DNA of 64,000 nucleotides from Myxococcaceae bacterium (lineage in GTDB: Bacteria > Myxococcota > Myxococcia > Myxococcales > Myxococcaceae). A program made the translations under genes and the position numbers. The notes under the pieces are model-generated. The model worked only from the letters and a program-made list of their open reading frames with translations, did no database searches and was not told the origin of the DNA. Below, one piece after another: positions 11,227 through 20,051 of this stretch; the first letter of the stretch is position 1, and every line of letters starts with the position of its first letter. The stretch covers positions 6,714 through 70,713 of the forward strand of contig DASRBA010000259.1 of NCBI GenBank assembly GCA_035637895.1, given 5' to 3'.

Positions 11227-11313
11227 GCGGACCCCAGAAGGTCGCCGAGAGGCGCGGTCACGGGAGCGCCCCCGCTCTCCAGCGAGGCGTGAACCGGCGG
11301 CAAGCCCAGCTTC

Positions 11314-12465
11314 TCAGAACGGCACCGGCAGCGCGAAGGCGTGCTGGGAGAAGAGGCCGGCGGCGCCGCGGTGGTCGATGAGCGGGGCGAGGAAGAGCAT
11401 CACCGCCACCGCGAGGATCAGCGCGGCGGTGAGGGCGCGGCAGGTCCAGCGGAGGAGCGGGTGGGAGGGTCGGTCGAGGCGTGAGGCGCGGCGGTAGGCG
11501 AGCGCGACCGCCACGCGGCCCGGGAGGAGCGCGGAGACGAAGCAGAGGGTGGCGATCCACATCGCGTCCTGGGGCGGGAGGACGATGGTGAGGAGGTAGA
11601 GGGGGAGGGACAGCCCGTAGAGCGCCAGGAGCGCGGCGAGGGCGCTGAGCGGGGCGGCGGCGGTGAGGCGGCGGGCGGCGCGCCAGTCGAGGTACGCGCG
11701 CGGGTTCCCCTCGACGGCGAAGCGCGCCTGGACGAACGGGAGCCACGCGAGGACGGGGAGCAAGAGGAGGAGGCCGGGGAGGAACGCGGCGGGCTTGGGG
11801 GCGCCGGTGCGGGAGAGCCAGAGGAGGCCGACCGGGAGCGCCAGCCAGGCGGTGGCGCCGAGGAGCCCGGCGCCGCCCTTCCAGAAGAGCTGGCGCCAGG
11901 GGACGTCCGCCCAGGCGTCCCGGAGCGCGTCGAGGCCCTGGAGCTCCGCGCGGCCGCGGAGGGCAGAGAGGAGCCAGCGGGCGCCGGCGAGGGGGCGGAA
12001 GAAGTCGCGCGCTCGGGCGCCGCGGGCGAGGACGGCGAAGAGGTGGAGCGCGACGAGGGTGGCGAGGGCGGCGCGGAGGAAGGTCGTCCAGGACTGGGCG
12101 GCGGTGCCGGGGGAGATCCAGGCGGCGTCCTCGGCGAGCGTGGCGATGAAGCGGACGGGGAGGAGCCAGGCCCAGCACAGCGCCAGCGCCAGGCCGATCC
12201 GCGGCGCGCGGCGGACGAACGGTAAGGCGTCGGAGAGCGGGACGCCGCGGGCGATGCGGCCTTCGACCTCCAGCAAGTAGCCGAGCACCGCGATGTTCAG
12301 GACGGGCACCGCCGCGGCGGCGGCGAGCAGGATGATGGTCACGAACAGCCCCGCGCCCCATCGGGCGCCCGCGAGCACGCGCGCGCCCGTACGACGCAGC
12401 CAGCCAGCACGCGCCGTCTGTACGGCGGGAATGAGCCCGAGTGGCGATTCGGCAGCCGCGCTCAC
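11314..12465 (-). CDS. Multi-pass membrane protein, hypothetical
   Basis: Leu/Trp/Ala-rich 383-aa ORF with multiple hydrophobic helices. The alternative frame 11258..12592 is Pro/Arg-rich and looks spurious. Confidence 0.65.
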   Translation of the reverse strand: MSAAAESPLGLIPAVQTARAGWLRRTGARVLAGARWGAGLFVTIILLAAAAAVPVLNIAVLGYLLEVEGRIARGVPLSDALPFVRRAPRIGLALALCWAWLLPVRFIATLAEDAAWISPGTAAQSWTTFLRAALATLVALHLFAVLARGARARDFFRPLAGARWLLSALRGRAELQGLDALRDAWADVPWRQLFWKGGAGLLGATAWLALPVGLLWLSRTGAPKPAAFLPGLLLLLPVLAWLPFVQARFAVEGNPRAYLDWRAARRLTAAAPLSALAALLALYGLSLPLYLLTIVLPPQDAMWIATLCFVSALLPGRVAVALAYRRASRLDRPSHPLLRWTCRALTAALILAVAVMLFLAPLIDHRGAAGLFSQHAFALPVPF

Positions 12466-12601
12466 GCTCCTCTCCTGAGCATGGTGTGCTCCATCTCACG
12501 TGCGTGCGCGCTGGTGAGCGCGCGTGTTGGTGAGCCATGCGGGCGCGCGCGTGGTGCACGTGTCGATGAGGCGCGCAACGCCGAAGACTCATTCACCGCG
12601 C

Positions 12602-13828
12602 TCACAGCAGCCTCCGGATCGGCGTGCCCTTGGTGACCGGGATGGGCCGGCCCTCGGGTGTCTCCAACTCCAGGTGCATGTCCACTCCCAGCGCCGCCAG
12701 CACCGTCGCCGCCACGTCCTCCACGGGCACCGCCGACGCCGGCGCCTCCTTCGCGCCCGAGGGATCCGTCTCGCCGATCACCTGTCCGCCCGCGATGCCC
12801 CCGCCGCCGAGGAGACACGAGAACCCGTGCGGCCAGTGGTCTCGTCCGCCCGCCACGTTGATCTTCGGCGTCCGCCCGAACTCCCCGGTCACCAGCACCA
12901 CGGTCGACCGCAACAGGTCCCGCTCCGCCAGCTCCGCCACCAGCGTCGACAGCGCCGGATCCAGTACCTGCGCCGCCGCGCGATGGGCCTCATGGTTGCC
13001 CGCATGGCTGTCGAACCCGCCCAACGTCACCTCCACCGCCCTCACCCCCGCCTCCAGCAACCGCCTCGCCACCAGGCACCCGCGCCCGAACGGGTGGTCT
13101 CCGTACGCCGCGCGCACCGCCCGCGGCTCGTCGTCCAGCACGAACGCCCGCCTCCTCGGGCTGGACATCATCGCCAGCGCCCCATCCACCGCCTCCCGGT
13201 GTCGCCCGGGCGCCGCCCCGAACCCCGCCTCCACCACATTCAGCGCCTCCAGCCTCCGCTCCTCCCGCGCCTGTACCTTCGCCGGCGGCTCCAGGTTCTC
13301 CAGCGTCCCCGGATTGACGATCCGGAACGCGTCCAGCCCGGGCCCCAGGAACCCGCCCCGCGCCGGCCACTGGCTCTTTCCCAGCGACACGTGCGGCGGC
13401 AGCCCGCGCTCCGCCACCGGCACCTCGTGGCAGACGATCGCCCCCAGGCTGGGGTGGATCGTCGCGCCCTCCGGCCGGTGCCCCGTCTTCACCGCGTACG
13501 TCCCGCGCTCGTGGTCGCCCTCCTTGGACACCACCGACCGCAGCACCGACAGCCGGTGCATCTGCTCCGCCATCCGCGGATAGAAGTCCGCGATCTCCAG
13601 CCCCGGCATCCGCGTCTTCACCGCCCCCACCTGCCCGCCAATCGCCGTCCCCGGATGCGGGTCCCACGTCTCCAACTGGCTCGGCCCGCCCTCCAGCCAC
13701 ACGACCAGCAGCGACTTCGGCTTCGCGGCAGACCTCGCCCCCGCGCCCAGCACACCCCGGGGCATCACCGCCGCCGCCGCCGCGGCCGCCAGCAACGACC
13801 TCCGACTGAAGCTCAGTGGTTCCACGAG
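12602..13828 (-). CDS. DUF1501 family protein (sulfatase-like fold) with Tat signal
   Basis: Start trimmed to a GTG at about 13828, giving (M)EPLSFSRRSLLAAAAAAAVMP, a twin-arginine signal. The body is typical of DUF1501 (HWPHGFS, GGGGIAGGQVIGETD). The upstream 150 aa of the track ORF is Gly/Ala/Arg-rich junk. Confidence 0.8.
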   Translation of the reverse strand, partial: LVEPLSFSRRSLLAAAAAAAVMPRGVLGAGARSAAKPKSLLVVWLEGGPSQLETWDPHPGTAIGGQVGAVKTRMPGLEIADFYPRMAEQMHRLSVLRSVVSKEGDHERGTYAVKTGHRPEGATIHPSLGAIVCHEVPVAERGLPPHVSLGKSQWPARGGFLGPGLDAFRIVNPGTLENLEPPAKVQAREERRLEALNVVEAGFGAAPGRHREAVDGALAMMSSPRRRAFVLDDEPRAVRAAYGDHPFGRGCLVARRLLEAGVRAVEVTLGGFDSHAGNHEAHRAAAQVLDPALSTLVAELAERDLLRSTVVLVTGEFGRTPKINVAGGRDHWPHGFSCLLGGGGIAGGQVIGETDPSGAKEAPASAVPVEDVAATVLAALGVDMHLELETPEGRPIPVTKGTPIRRLL

Positions 13829-15396
13829 AACTCCGCCGAGTTGAACAGCGCCCACGCCAGGTCCCCCAGCACCTTCCCCCGCTCCCCTCCGCGCGCCTCC
13901 GCCAGCCACGGCAGGAACTTCTCCCGCTCCACCTCCGTGGGCCGCCGCGTCACCAGCGCCAGCCAGGTCACCTCCAGCGCCCGCGGCGCATCGCCCGCCA
14001 TCAGCGCGATCCGCCCGGTGGCCGTGAACGGGTTCGGGTCCAGCACCTCGTCCGGCAGCTTGTTGTTCATCCGCAGCAACGCCTGCGCGATGGTCGCCGG
14101 CCGCTCCGCCAGCTCGTCCGCGCCGGGGTCGCCGTACTCCGCGACGAAGCTCTTCTCCCGCAGCGCCCGCACCACCCGCGTCACCAGGTCCGAGTCCCGG
14201 TCGATGGTCCGCACCGAGCCCGCCTGGAGCAACCCGCCGATGAGCTGCTCGGGGCGGAGCGGGGTGACCGGGAACACCGCCCACGCCTTCTCCATTGCCG
14301 CGCGCGGCGCGCCCTCCGGCAGCTCCGACGACGCCCGGAACGCCTTCGACGAGGCCACCGCCAGCACCAGCCGCCGCCAGTCGTACCCGGTCCGAGCAAA
14401 GTCGTCCGCCAGCAGGTCCAGCGCCTCCGCCCCCTTCGTCCCGGCGGGCGGCACGTCATCCACCGGCTCGACGAACGGCCTGCCGAACATCAGCCCCCAC
14501 ACCCGGTTCGCGGTGGCGCGCGCGAAGTGCGGGTTCCTCGGGTCCGTCAGCCACGCCGCCAACCGCTCCCGGGGCCGTCCCTGCTCCGGCATCCACTCCG
14601 CCCCGAAGGGCACGCGTGGCTCGGCCCCCGGCTTCCGCTCCAGCCCGAGCGGCGACGGCTTCAACCCTCCATAGAATGCCGCCAGCCCCTTGAACTGCGC
14701 CTGCTTCCAGTCCGCGAACGGGTGGTCGTGGCACTGCGCGCAATCCATCCGCACGCCGAGGAACGCTCGGGCCGTCCGCGCCGCCAGCTGGTCCTCGTCC
14801 ACCTTCCCATCCACCACCGCCGCGGTGATGAAGTTCACCTCCGGCGACCCCGTCCACAGCCCCTCTGACGACACCAGCTCGCGCACCATGGCGTCGAAGG
14901 GCTCCCGGCGGGCCAGTCGCTCCGCCAACCAGTCCATCAGGAGGTCGCGCCGGTACACCACGAACGCCCCTGCCTGCGAGCCGGCGAACACCCGCGCCAG
15001 GCGCTCGGCGAGGTAGCGGTGGGACCGGGGGTCGTCCAGGAGCGCTGCGGCCCACCGGTCCAGCCGGCCCGGGGTGGCGTCCGCCTCGAAGCGGCGGATC
15101 TCCTCCAGTGACGGGACGGTCCCCATGAGCGCCAGCGTCAGCCGCCGCAGCACCGCCAGGTCATCCGCCGGCGCCGCCGGGGTCAGCCCCTGCGCCTTCC
15201 AGTGCGTCTGGAGCGCGGCATCCACCGCGCCGCCCCCTTGAGGAGGGACCGCCACGCGGCCCGGCGCGGCGCGGGAGGTCGGCCGGACCGCCGCGAACAC
15301 CGCGCCACCCACCAGGATGGCCAGCGCCGCCGCCGTCAGCCCCCGAGCTCCGGTCATCGCACACGCTCCTGCACCACCGGCCCAGCCCATAGACAC
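13813..15396 (-). CDS. DUF1549/DUF1553 family protein (PSD1-like), partner of DUF1501
   Basis: CAQCHDHPFADWKQAQFKGLAAFY is the hallmark CxxCHDHxFD motif of DUF1553. N-terminal TM segment. The 3' end overlaps the DUF1501 start by about 16 nt. Confidence 0.82.
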   Translation of the reverse strand: MSMGWAGGAGACAMTGARGLTAAALAILVGGAVFAAVRPTSRAAPGRVAVPPQGGGAVDAALQTHWKAQGLTPAAPADDLAVLRRLTLALMGTVPSLEEIRRFEADATPGRLDRWAAALLDDPRSHRYLAERLARVFAGSQAGAFVVYRRDLLMDWLAERLARREPFDAMVRELVSSEGLWTGSPEVNFITAAVVDGKVDEDQLAARTARAFLGVRMDCAQCHDHPFADWKQAQFKGLAAFYGGLKPSPLGLERKPGAEPRVPFGAEWMPEQGRPRERLAAWLTDPRNPHFARATANRVWGLMFGRPFVEPVDDVPPAGTKGAEALDLLADDFARTGYDWRRLVLAVASSKAFRASSELPEGAPRAAMEKAWAVFPVTPLRPEQLIGGLLQAGSVRTIDRDSDLVTRVVRALREKSFVAEYGDPGADELAERPATIAQALLRMNNKLPDEVLDPNPFTATGRIALMAGDAPRALEVTWLALVTRRPTEVEREKFLPWLAEARGGERGKVLGDLAWALFNSAEFSWNH

Positions 15397-15570
15397 CGCC
15401 GGGGCGGCGCCGCTGAAAACGGTACGCGCTCCCGCCCGGCTGCTTGCGTAACGGTTTGTTTCAACTGCCGAAGGCGGCGCAGCGGGAGCCTCGCCCGGCG
15501 CTGGCGAGCGGCGTGCGGTTCACGCGGGTTGGCTCACGGCTGATGGCTCGAGGCACCGCGGCCCTGCGGC

Positions 15571-16605
15571 TCAGTGCGCCATGCCGGGCGGGAGCAGCCC
15601 CGGCGGCAGCTCGTTGTTCTGCTCCGCGGCGTGGTCCCCCAGCGTGGTCAGCCGGGACGGGGCCCACTTCGACGGCGCCTCCATCCCGCGCGCGCGCCGG
15701 GGCGACGCGCCGGCGCCCGGCAGCGCCCGGTTCACCACCCCCAGCGCGTCGGACACCATCCCCGGCATCAGCCCGTGGGCCCAGGTGATCAGCTTGGCCT
15801 GCCAGGAGAGGATCACCTCCGCGTCCCCGCGCGCGCAGGCGGCGGCGATTTGCCGGGCCGCCCGCGCCGCGCTCATGGAGAAGAGCGGGAACGCGTCGGA
15901 GATGCTGAACCAGGCGTGCTCGGCGGCGGGCTGGCCGACGAACTCCGCCTGCGCCGGGCTCCCGGTGCGCATCAGACCGGGGCAGATGGTGGTGACGCGG
16001 ATGCCGTCCTTGTGCAGCTCGGCGCGGAGGCCCTGTGAGAAGCCGGTGAGCGCGAACTTGCCGGCGCTGTAGGGGGCCAGGTGCGGGATGGCCACCTTCC
16101 CGCCAATGGAGGAGATGTTCACGATGCGCCCCCACCGCCGGGCGCGCATCCCGCGGAGGACCGCCAGCGTCGCGTGCAGCGGCCCCCAGAAGTGGACGCC
16201 CAGGGACCTGGCGAAGTCCCCCGCGGTCATCGCCTCCACCGGGCCCACGACGGCGGTGCCGGCGTTGTTCACCAGTACCTCGATGGGCCCCAGCTCCCGC
16301 TCCACCCGCGCCACCAGGTCGGCCACCTGGCCCGGCTGGGACACGTCGCACGGGGCGGTGAACGCCGCGATGCCCTGCGCGGCGAGGAGGCTCCTGGCGC
16401 GCTCCAGCTCGGCGGCGTCGCGGGCGCAGATGGCCACCCGCGCGCCCCGGCGCCCGAATTCGCGGGCCAGCAGCAGCCCCAGCCCGCGCGACCCGCCGGT
16501 GACCAGGACGACCCGCTCCCGGAGAGACGCGGCGCGCGCTCGGCGGAGCGCCCACAGTCCACCCAGGCCAGCCAGCGCCCACCACTTCCAGCCGCCACGC
16601 GCCAT
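15571..16605 (-). CDS. Short-chain dehydrogenase/reductase (SDR) with N-terminal membrane anchor
   Basis: VVLVTGGSRGLGLLLAREFGRRGARVAICARD (TGxxxGxG), NNAG, and the YxxxK region (YSAGKFAL). Confidence 0.88.
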   Translation of the reverse strand: MARGGWKWWALAGLGGLWALRRARAASLRERVVLVTGGSRGLGLLLAREFGRRGARVAICARDAAELERARSLLAAQGIAAFTAPCDVSQPGQVADLVARVERELGPIEVLVNNAGTAVVGPVEAMTAGDFARSLGVHFWGPLHATLAVLRGMRARRWGRIVNISSIGGKVAIPHLAPYSAGKFALTGFSQGLRAELHKDGIRVTTICPGLMRTGSPAQAEFVGQPAAEHAWFSISDAFPLFSMSAARAARQIAAACARGDAEVILSWQAKLITWAHGLMPGMVSDALGVVNRALPGAGASPRRARGMEAPSKWAPSRLTTLGDHAAEQNNELPPGLLPPGMAH

Positions 16606-16715
16606 TTCGGGAGTCCTCCTGCGGCCAATGTAGGGAGGATCCCCGGTTGCGGCTTTTGGTCAGGCTGCGGACCGCCGCTCTAGCCATGGACCCGCGTCCG
16701 CGCGTAGATCGCCGC

Positions 16716-18215
16716 ATGCACAAGCTCGACGCCAACCAGGACCGGTACGGGAACTTCATCGGGGGCGAGTGGGTGCCGCCCTCCACCGGCAACTTCGCCG
16801 CCAACCGGAACCCCGCCGACCGGGACGACGTCGTCGGCCACTTCCCGGTGAGCGGGCAGAAGGACGCCGAGGACGCGGTGGCCGCCGCCAGGGCCGCCTT
16901 CCCGGGGTGGGCCGGCACGCCCGCTCCCTCGCGCGGCCGGGTGCTGTGGAAGGCGGTGGAGCTGTTCCGCCAGCGGCTGGACGAGATCGCCCGCACCCTC
17001 TGCCGCGAGGAGGGCAAGACCCTGGCCGAGGCCAAGGGCGAGGTGCAGAAGGGCATCAACCTCTTCGAGTTCTACGCGGGCGAGGGCTTCCGCCTCCACG
17101 GCAAGACGCTGCCGTCGGAGATGAAGCAGACGCTCACCTTCACCATCCGCCAGCCGCTGGGCGTGGTGGCCCTGGTGACGCCGTGGAACTTCCCGTTCGC
17201 GATCCCCGCGTGGAAGAGCGCGCCGGCGCTGGTCACCGGGAACACGGTGGTGCTCAAGCCGGCGTCCAACACGCCCGGCACCGCCACGCTGATCGCCGAG
17301 GTGCTGCACGACGCGGGGCTCCCCAAGGGCGTGTTCAACCTGGTCACCGGGCCGGGCGGCGCGGTGGGGAACACGCTGGTCGACCACCCGGAGGTGAAGG
17401 CGGTCTCGTTCACCGGGTCCAACGAGATCGGCCTGGCGCTCAACCAGCGCTGCGCCCGGCGCGGCATCAAGGTCACCTGCGAGATGGGGGGGAAGAATCC
17501 GGTGGTGGTGATGGATGACGGCGACCTCGACCTGGCGGTGAGCGGCATCCTGGGCGGGGCGTACGGGTCGACGGGGCAACGGTGCACCGCCACCTCGCGC
17601 GTCATCCTGCACAAGGCCATCGCGTCGAAGGTGACGGAGCGGCTGGTGGCGGGGGCGAAGGCGCTCAAGGTGGGGAACGGGCTGGAGGCGGGCATCGACA
17701 TGGGGCCGGCGGTGGATGACGGCCAGCTCCAGACGGACCTCAAGTACATCGAGGTGGCGCAGTCGGAGGGGGCGAAGCTGCAGTGCGGCGGGCAGCGGCT
17801 CACCGGCGGCGCGTACGACAAGGGCTACTTCGTGACGCCCACGGTGTTCAGTGGGGTGAAGCCGGGGATGCGCATCCACCAGGAGGAGGTCTTCGGGCCG
17901 GTCATCGCCGTGGTGGAGGTGGGTGACTTCGAGGAGGCGGTGGCGGCGGCGAACGGCGTGGAGTTCGGGTTGACCGCGTCGCTGTACACGCGGGACGCGA
18001 ACCTGGCGATGAAGTTCGTCGAGCGGTCGGAGGTCGGGATGGTGCACATCAACAACCCGACCGTCGGCGGGGAGGCGCAGCTCCCGTTCGGTGGGATCAA
18101 GTCCACCGGCGTCGGAGAGCGCGAGATGGCTGAGGAGGGGGCGGAGTTCTTCACCCACCTGAAGACGGTGTTCTTCGACTACACGGGGCAGGCGCGGACG
18201 TCGAAGATCTACTGA
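16716..18215 (+). CDS. NAD(P)-dependent aldehyde dehydrogenase
   Basis: MHKLDANQDRYGNFIGGEWV... N-terminus, VTPWNFP, catalytic CEMGGKNP and GQRCTA motifs. Start trimmed to the ATG at 16716. Confidence 0.9.
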   Translation: MHKLDANQDRYGNFIGGEWVPPSTGNFAANRNPADRDDVVGHFPVSGQKDAEDAVAAARAAFPGWAGTPAPSRGRVLWKAVELFRQRLDEIARTLCREEGKTLAEAKGEVQKGINLFEFYAGEGFRLHGKTLPSEMKQTLTFTIRQPLGVVALVTPWNFPFAIPAWKSAPALVTGNTVVLKPASNTPGTATLIAEVLHDAGLPKGVFNLVTGPGGAVGNTLVDHPEVKAVSFTGSNEIGLALNQRCARRGIKVTCEMGGKNPVVVMDDGDLDLAVSGILGGAYGSTGQRCTATSRVILHKAIASKVTERLVAGAKALKVGNGLEAGIDMGPAVDDGQLQTDLKYIEVAQSEGAKLQCGGQRLTGGAYDKGYFVTPTVFSGVKPGMRIHQEEVFGPVIAVVEVGDFEEAVAAANGVEFGLTASLYTRDANLAMKFVERSEVGMVHINNPTVGGEAQLPFGGIKSTGVGEREMAEEGAEFFTHLKTVFFDYTGQARTSKIY

Positions 18216-18327
18216 GGGAATGATCCGCACTGTGTTCAAGGAGTTGCTATTCAGTGGGGCTGAATAGTCGAACGGGTCGGCACGAGTCCCTTCTCGCGGA
18301 CAATGGTCCTTTCTTTACGGAGAAGAA

Positions 18328-19227
18328 GTGAGAAAGGTCTATCGCAACTCAAGTTACTCCATCTACCTTGATGACTGCTTGGAGTGGTTGCCCCGCCAAA
18401 AGGCGAACACGTTCCATGCCGTAGTCACAGATCCTCCATTTAGCACGCTTGAGTACAGTGCAAAGGAATTGCGGAAACGTCGCCGAGGACCCGGAGGTGT
18501 ATGGCGACTTCCACAAGCATCAGATGGCGCAATCCGACAGCCCGTTCCAAGATTCACGATCCTGAGTGGACATGACCACATCGGGGTGCTGGCGTTCCAC
18601 TTGCGCTTAGCGCCAGAGCTTCACCGCGTGTTGGTGCCTGGCGCGCATGTCTTCATTGCGAGCCATCCCCTCCTGTCACATCTGGTCGCACAGGCGTTCG
18701 GCATGGCTGGATTCGAGACGCGTGGTCAGATTATCAGGATCGTCAAGACGCTGAGAGGAGGGGATCGGCCGAAGCCCGACGACAAAGACTACAGAGGTTT
18801 GTCAGTCATCCCAAAATCGTGCTTCGAGCCTTGGCTTCTCTTCAGAAAGCCATGCAAGGGACGCGTTGTAGACAACTTAAGGCGCTATGGAGTTGGAGCC
18901 CTTAAAAGGCCGAGCGAGAAGGAGCCCTTCGCGGATTTGCTCAGTGTCTCTCAGACAAGAGCTTCTGAGCGACAACTAGGGGATCACCCTTCCTTGAAGC
19001 CCCAAGAATTGATGCGAAAGCTCGTACGAGCAGCTTTACCACTTGGGCAGGGAACAATCCTCGACCCCTTCATGGGCGCGGGCTCGACCATTGCGGCAGC
19101 GACGAACTTGGGGCTGCGGAGTGTGGGGGTTGAAAGCGACAAGACTTACTACCGATTGGCCAAAAGAGCGATTCCGAAGCTAGCGTGGTTCGAGGTGCCA
19201 GAAAGACCAACGGCGACAGTTGACTAA
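18328..19227 (+). CDS. DNA methyltransferase, beta-class N6-adenine/N4-cytosine type (motif IV DPPF before motif I FxGxGS)
   Basis: GTG start preceded by GGAGAAG. AVVTDPPFS at residue about 33 and DPFMGAGSTIAAA near the C-terminus. GC is markedly lower than the surrounding genome. Confidence 0.88.
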   Translation: MRKVYRNSSYSIYLDDCLEWLPRQKANTFHAVVTDPPFSTLEYSAKELRKRRRGPGGVWRLPQASDGAIRQPVPRFTILSGHDHIGVLAFHLRLAPELHRVLVPGAHVFIASHPLLSHLVAQAFGMAGFETRGQIIRIVKTLRGGDRPKPDDKDYRGLSVIPKSCFEPWLLFRKPCKGRVVDNLRRYGVGALKRPSEKEPFADLLSVSQTRASERQLGDHPSLKPQELMRKLVRAALPLGQGTILDPFMGAGSTIAAATNLGLRSVGVESDKTYYRLAKRAIPKLAWFEVPERPTATVD

Positions 19228-19880
19228 ATGCGTTTGGGGCTAAGCAGGTCCATTTGCTCTGCTGATGCTTTGGGGGCTTCTTGCAAATACACCCAGTTCT
19301 TCCGTAATTTCGCGATGCCCTTTCGGTCGAGAGTAGCCGTTCGGGTACCCAATTCACCTCGTGAATTGCGCCGAAAGTCAGCCCTGGTGACCTGAGCCAA
19401 GTATATCTCGGTAAACGTCATCGGCTTGCGATCCACGGCGGGCTCGGTCTCCCGGTCGATGCTGTACACAAACACGCACATCCACTGGTCGCGCGCTCCG
19501 TGGGTGTCGACCGCACCTCCCATCTTCCTAGTGGTCTTGATTTTCAAGCCCTGGGCGCCAGCCTTCACGCTGTTGCGCGGATACACGCCTTGCACCACTA
19601 GGTCTGGGTGGCCATTGAAGTACTTATTTTGGACCAGTGTTCGAGAATGCTTCGCCAGGCTCGCTGCCAGCATGTCTGATAGCAGTCCGGACATAATTGC
19701 GGGGCGAAGTGTGTCGTCCAGGCGGTGAAGACCCTTGCGGGTGAGAAGGAGGTTAACGTCAGAAAAGAAGTCGTACACGTCCTGAAGAGCCAGCTCAAAA
19801 TCCTTCAGGCGAAGTTCATATGGAAGCGCTCTGCCGGTGTTGAAGCTGGATGGGTTCGGGGTGTTCTTAGTGATTGGCAT
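19224..19880 (-). CDS. Hypothetical protein, candidate restriction endonuclease cognate to the adjacent methyltransferase (assignment by position only)
   Basis: 218-aa ORF convergent with the MTase and overlapping it by 4 bp at the stops. Low GC like the MTase. No recognisable family motif. Confidence 0.55.
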   Translation of the reverse strand: MPITKNTPNPSSFNTGRALPYELRLKDFELALQDVYDFFSDVNLLLTRKGLHRLDDTLRPAIMSGLLSDMLAASLAKHSRTLVQNKYFNGHPDLVVQGVYPRNSVKAGAQGLKIKTTRKMGGAVDTHGARDQWMCVFVYSIDRETEPAVDRKPMTFTEIYLAQVTRADFRRNSRGELGTRTATLDRKGIAKLRKNWVYLQEAPKASAEQMDLLSPKRI

Positions 19881-20051
19881 ATTCGAGGGAGCCTATTCTG
19901 CTGGACCTCCGATTCTGGCATAACTTGGCTCCTTGGAGAACCCAGGTCTTTAGCTGTTGTCTCCGTTGCGGATGCGGCCAAGCGCGAAAGACGGTGCAAA
20001 GTCGTGGGAATTCAAGAGTCTGTGTCGAAAGTTCGCGGATTCCTCGAAAGC

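Noticed and set aside
8977-11381. Long ORFs 8977..10917 (-) and 9078..11381 (+) overlapping the 9031..11226 kinase
   Set aside because: Alternative-frame and antisense artefacts. Extreme Gly/Arg/Ala content and no recognisable motifs.
12524-14868. ORFs 12524..14674 (+), 12624..13583 (+), 13816..14868 (+) over the DUF1501/DUF1553 genes
   Set aside because: The minus-strand products carry diagnostic motifs (Tat signal, CxxCHDHxFD). The plus-strand frames are Pro/Arg/Ser-rich noise.
16680-18239. 519-aa minus-strand ORF antisense to the aldehyde dehydrogenase
   Set aside because: The plus strand encodes a textbook ALDH including the catalytic Cys and Glu motifs. The antisense frame is Arg/Leu/Pro/Gly-rich.
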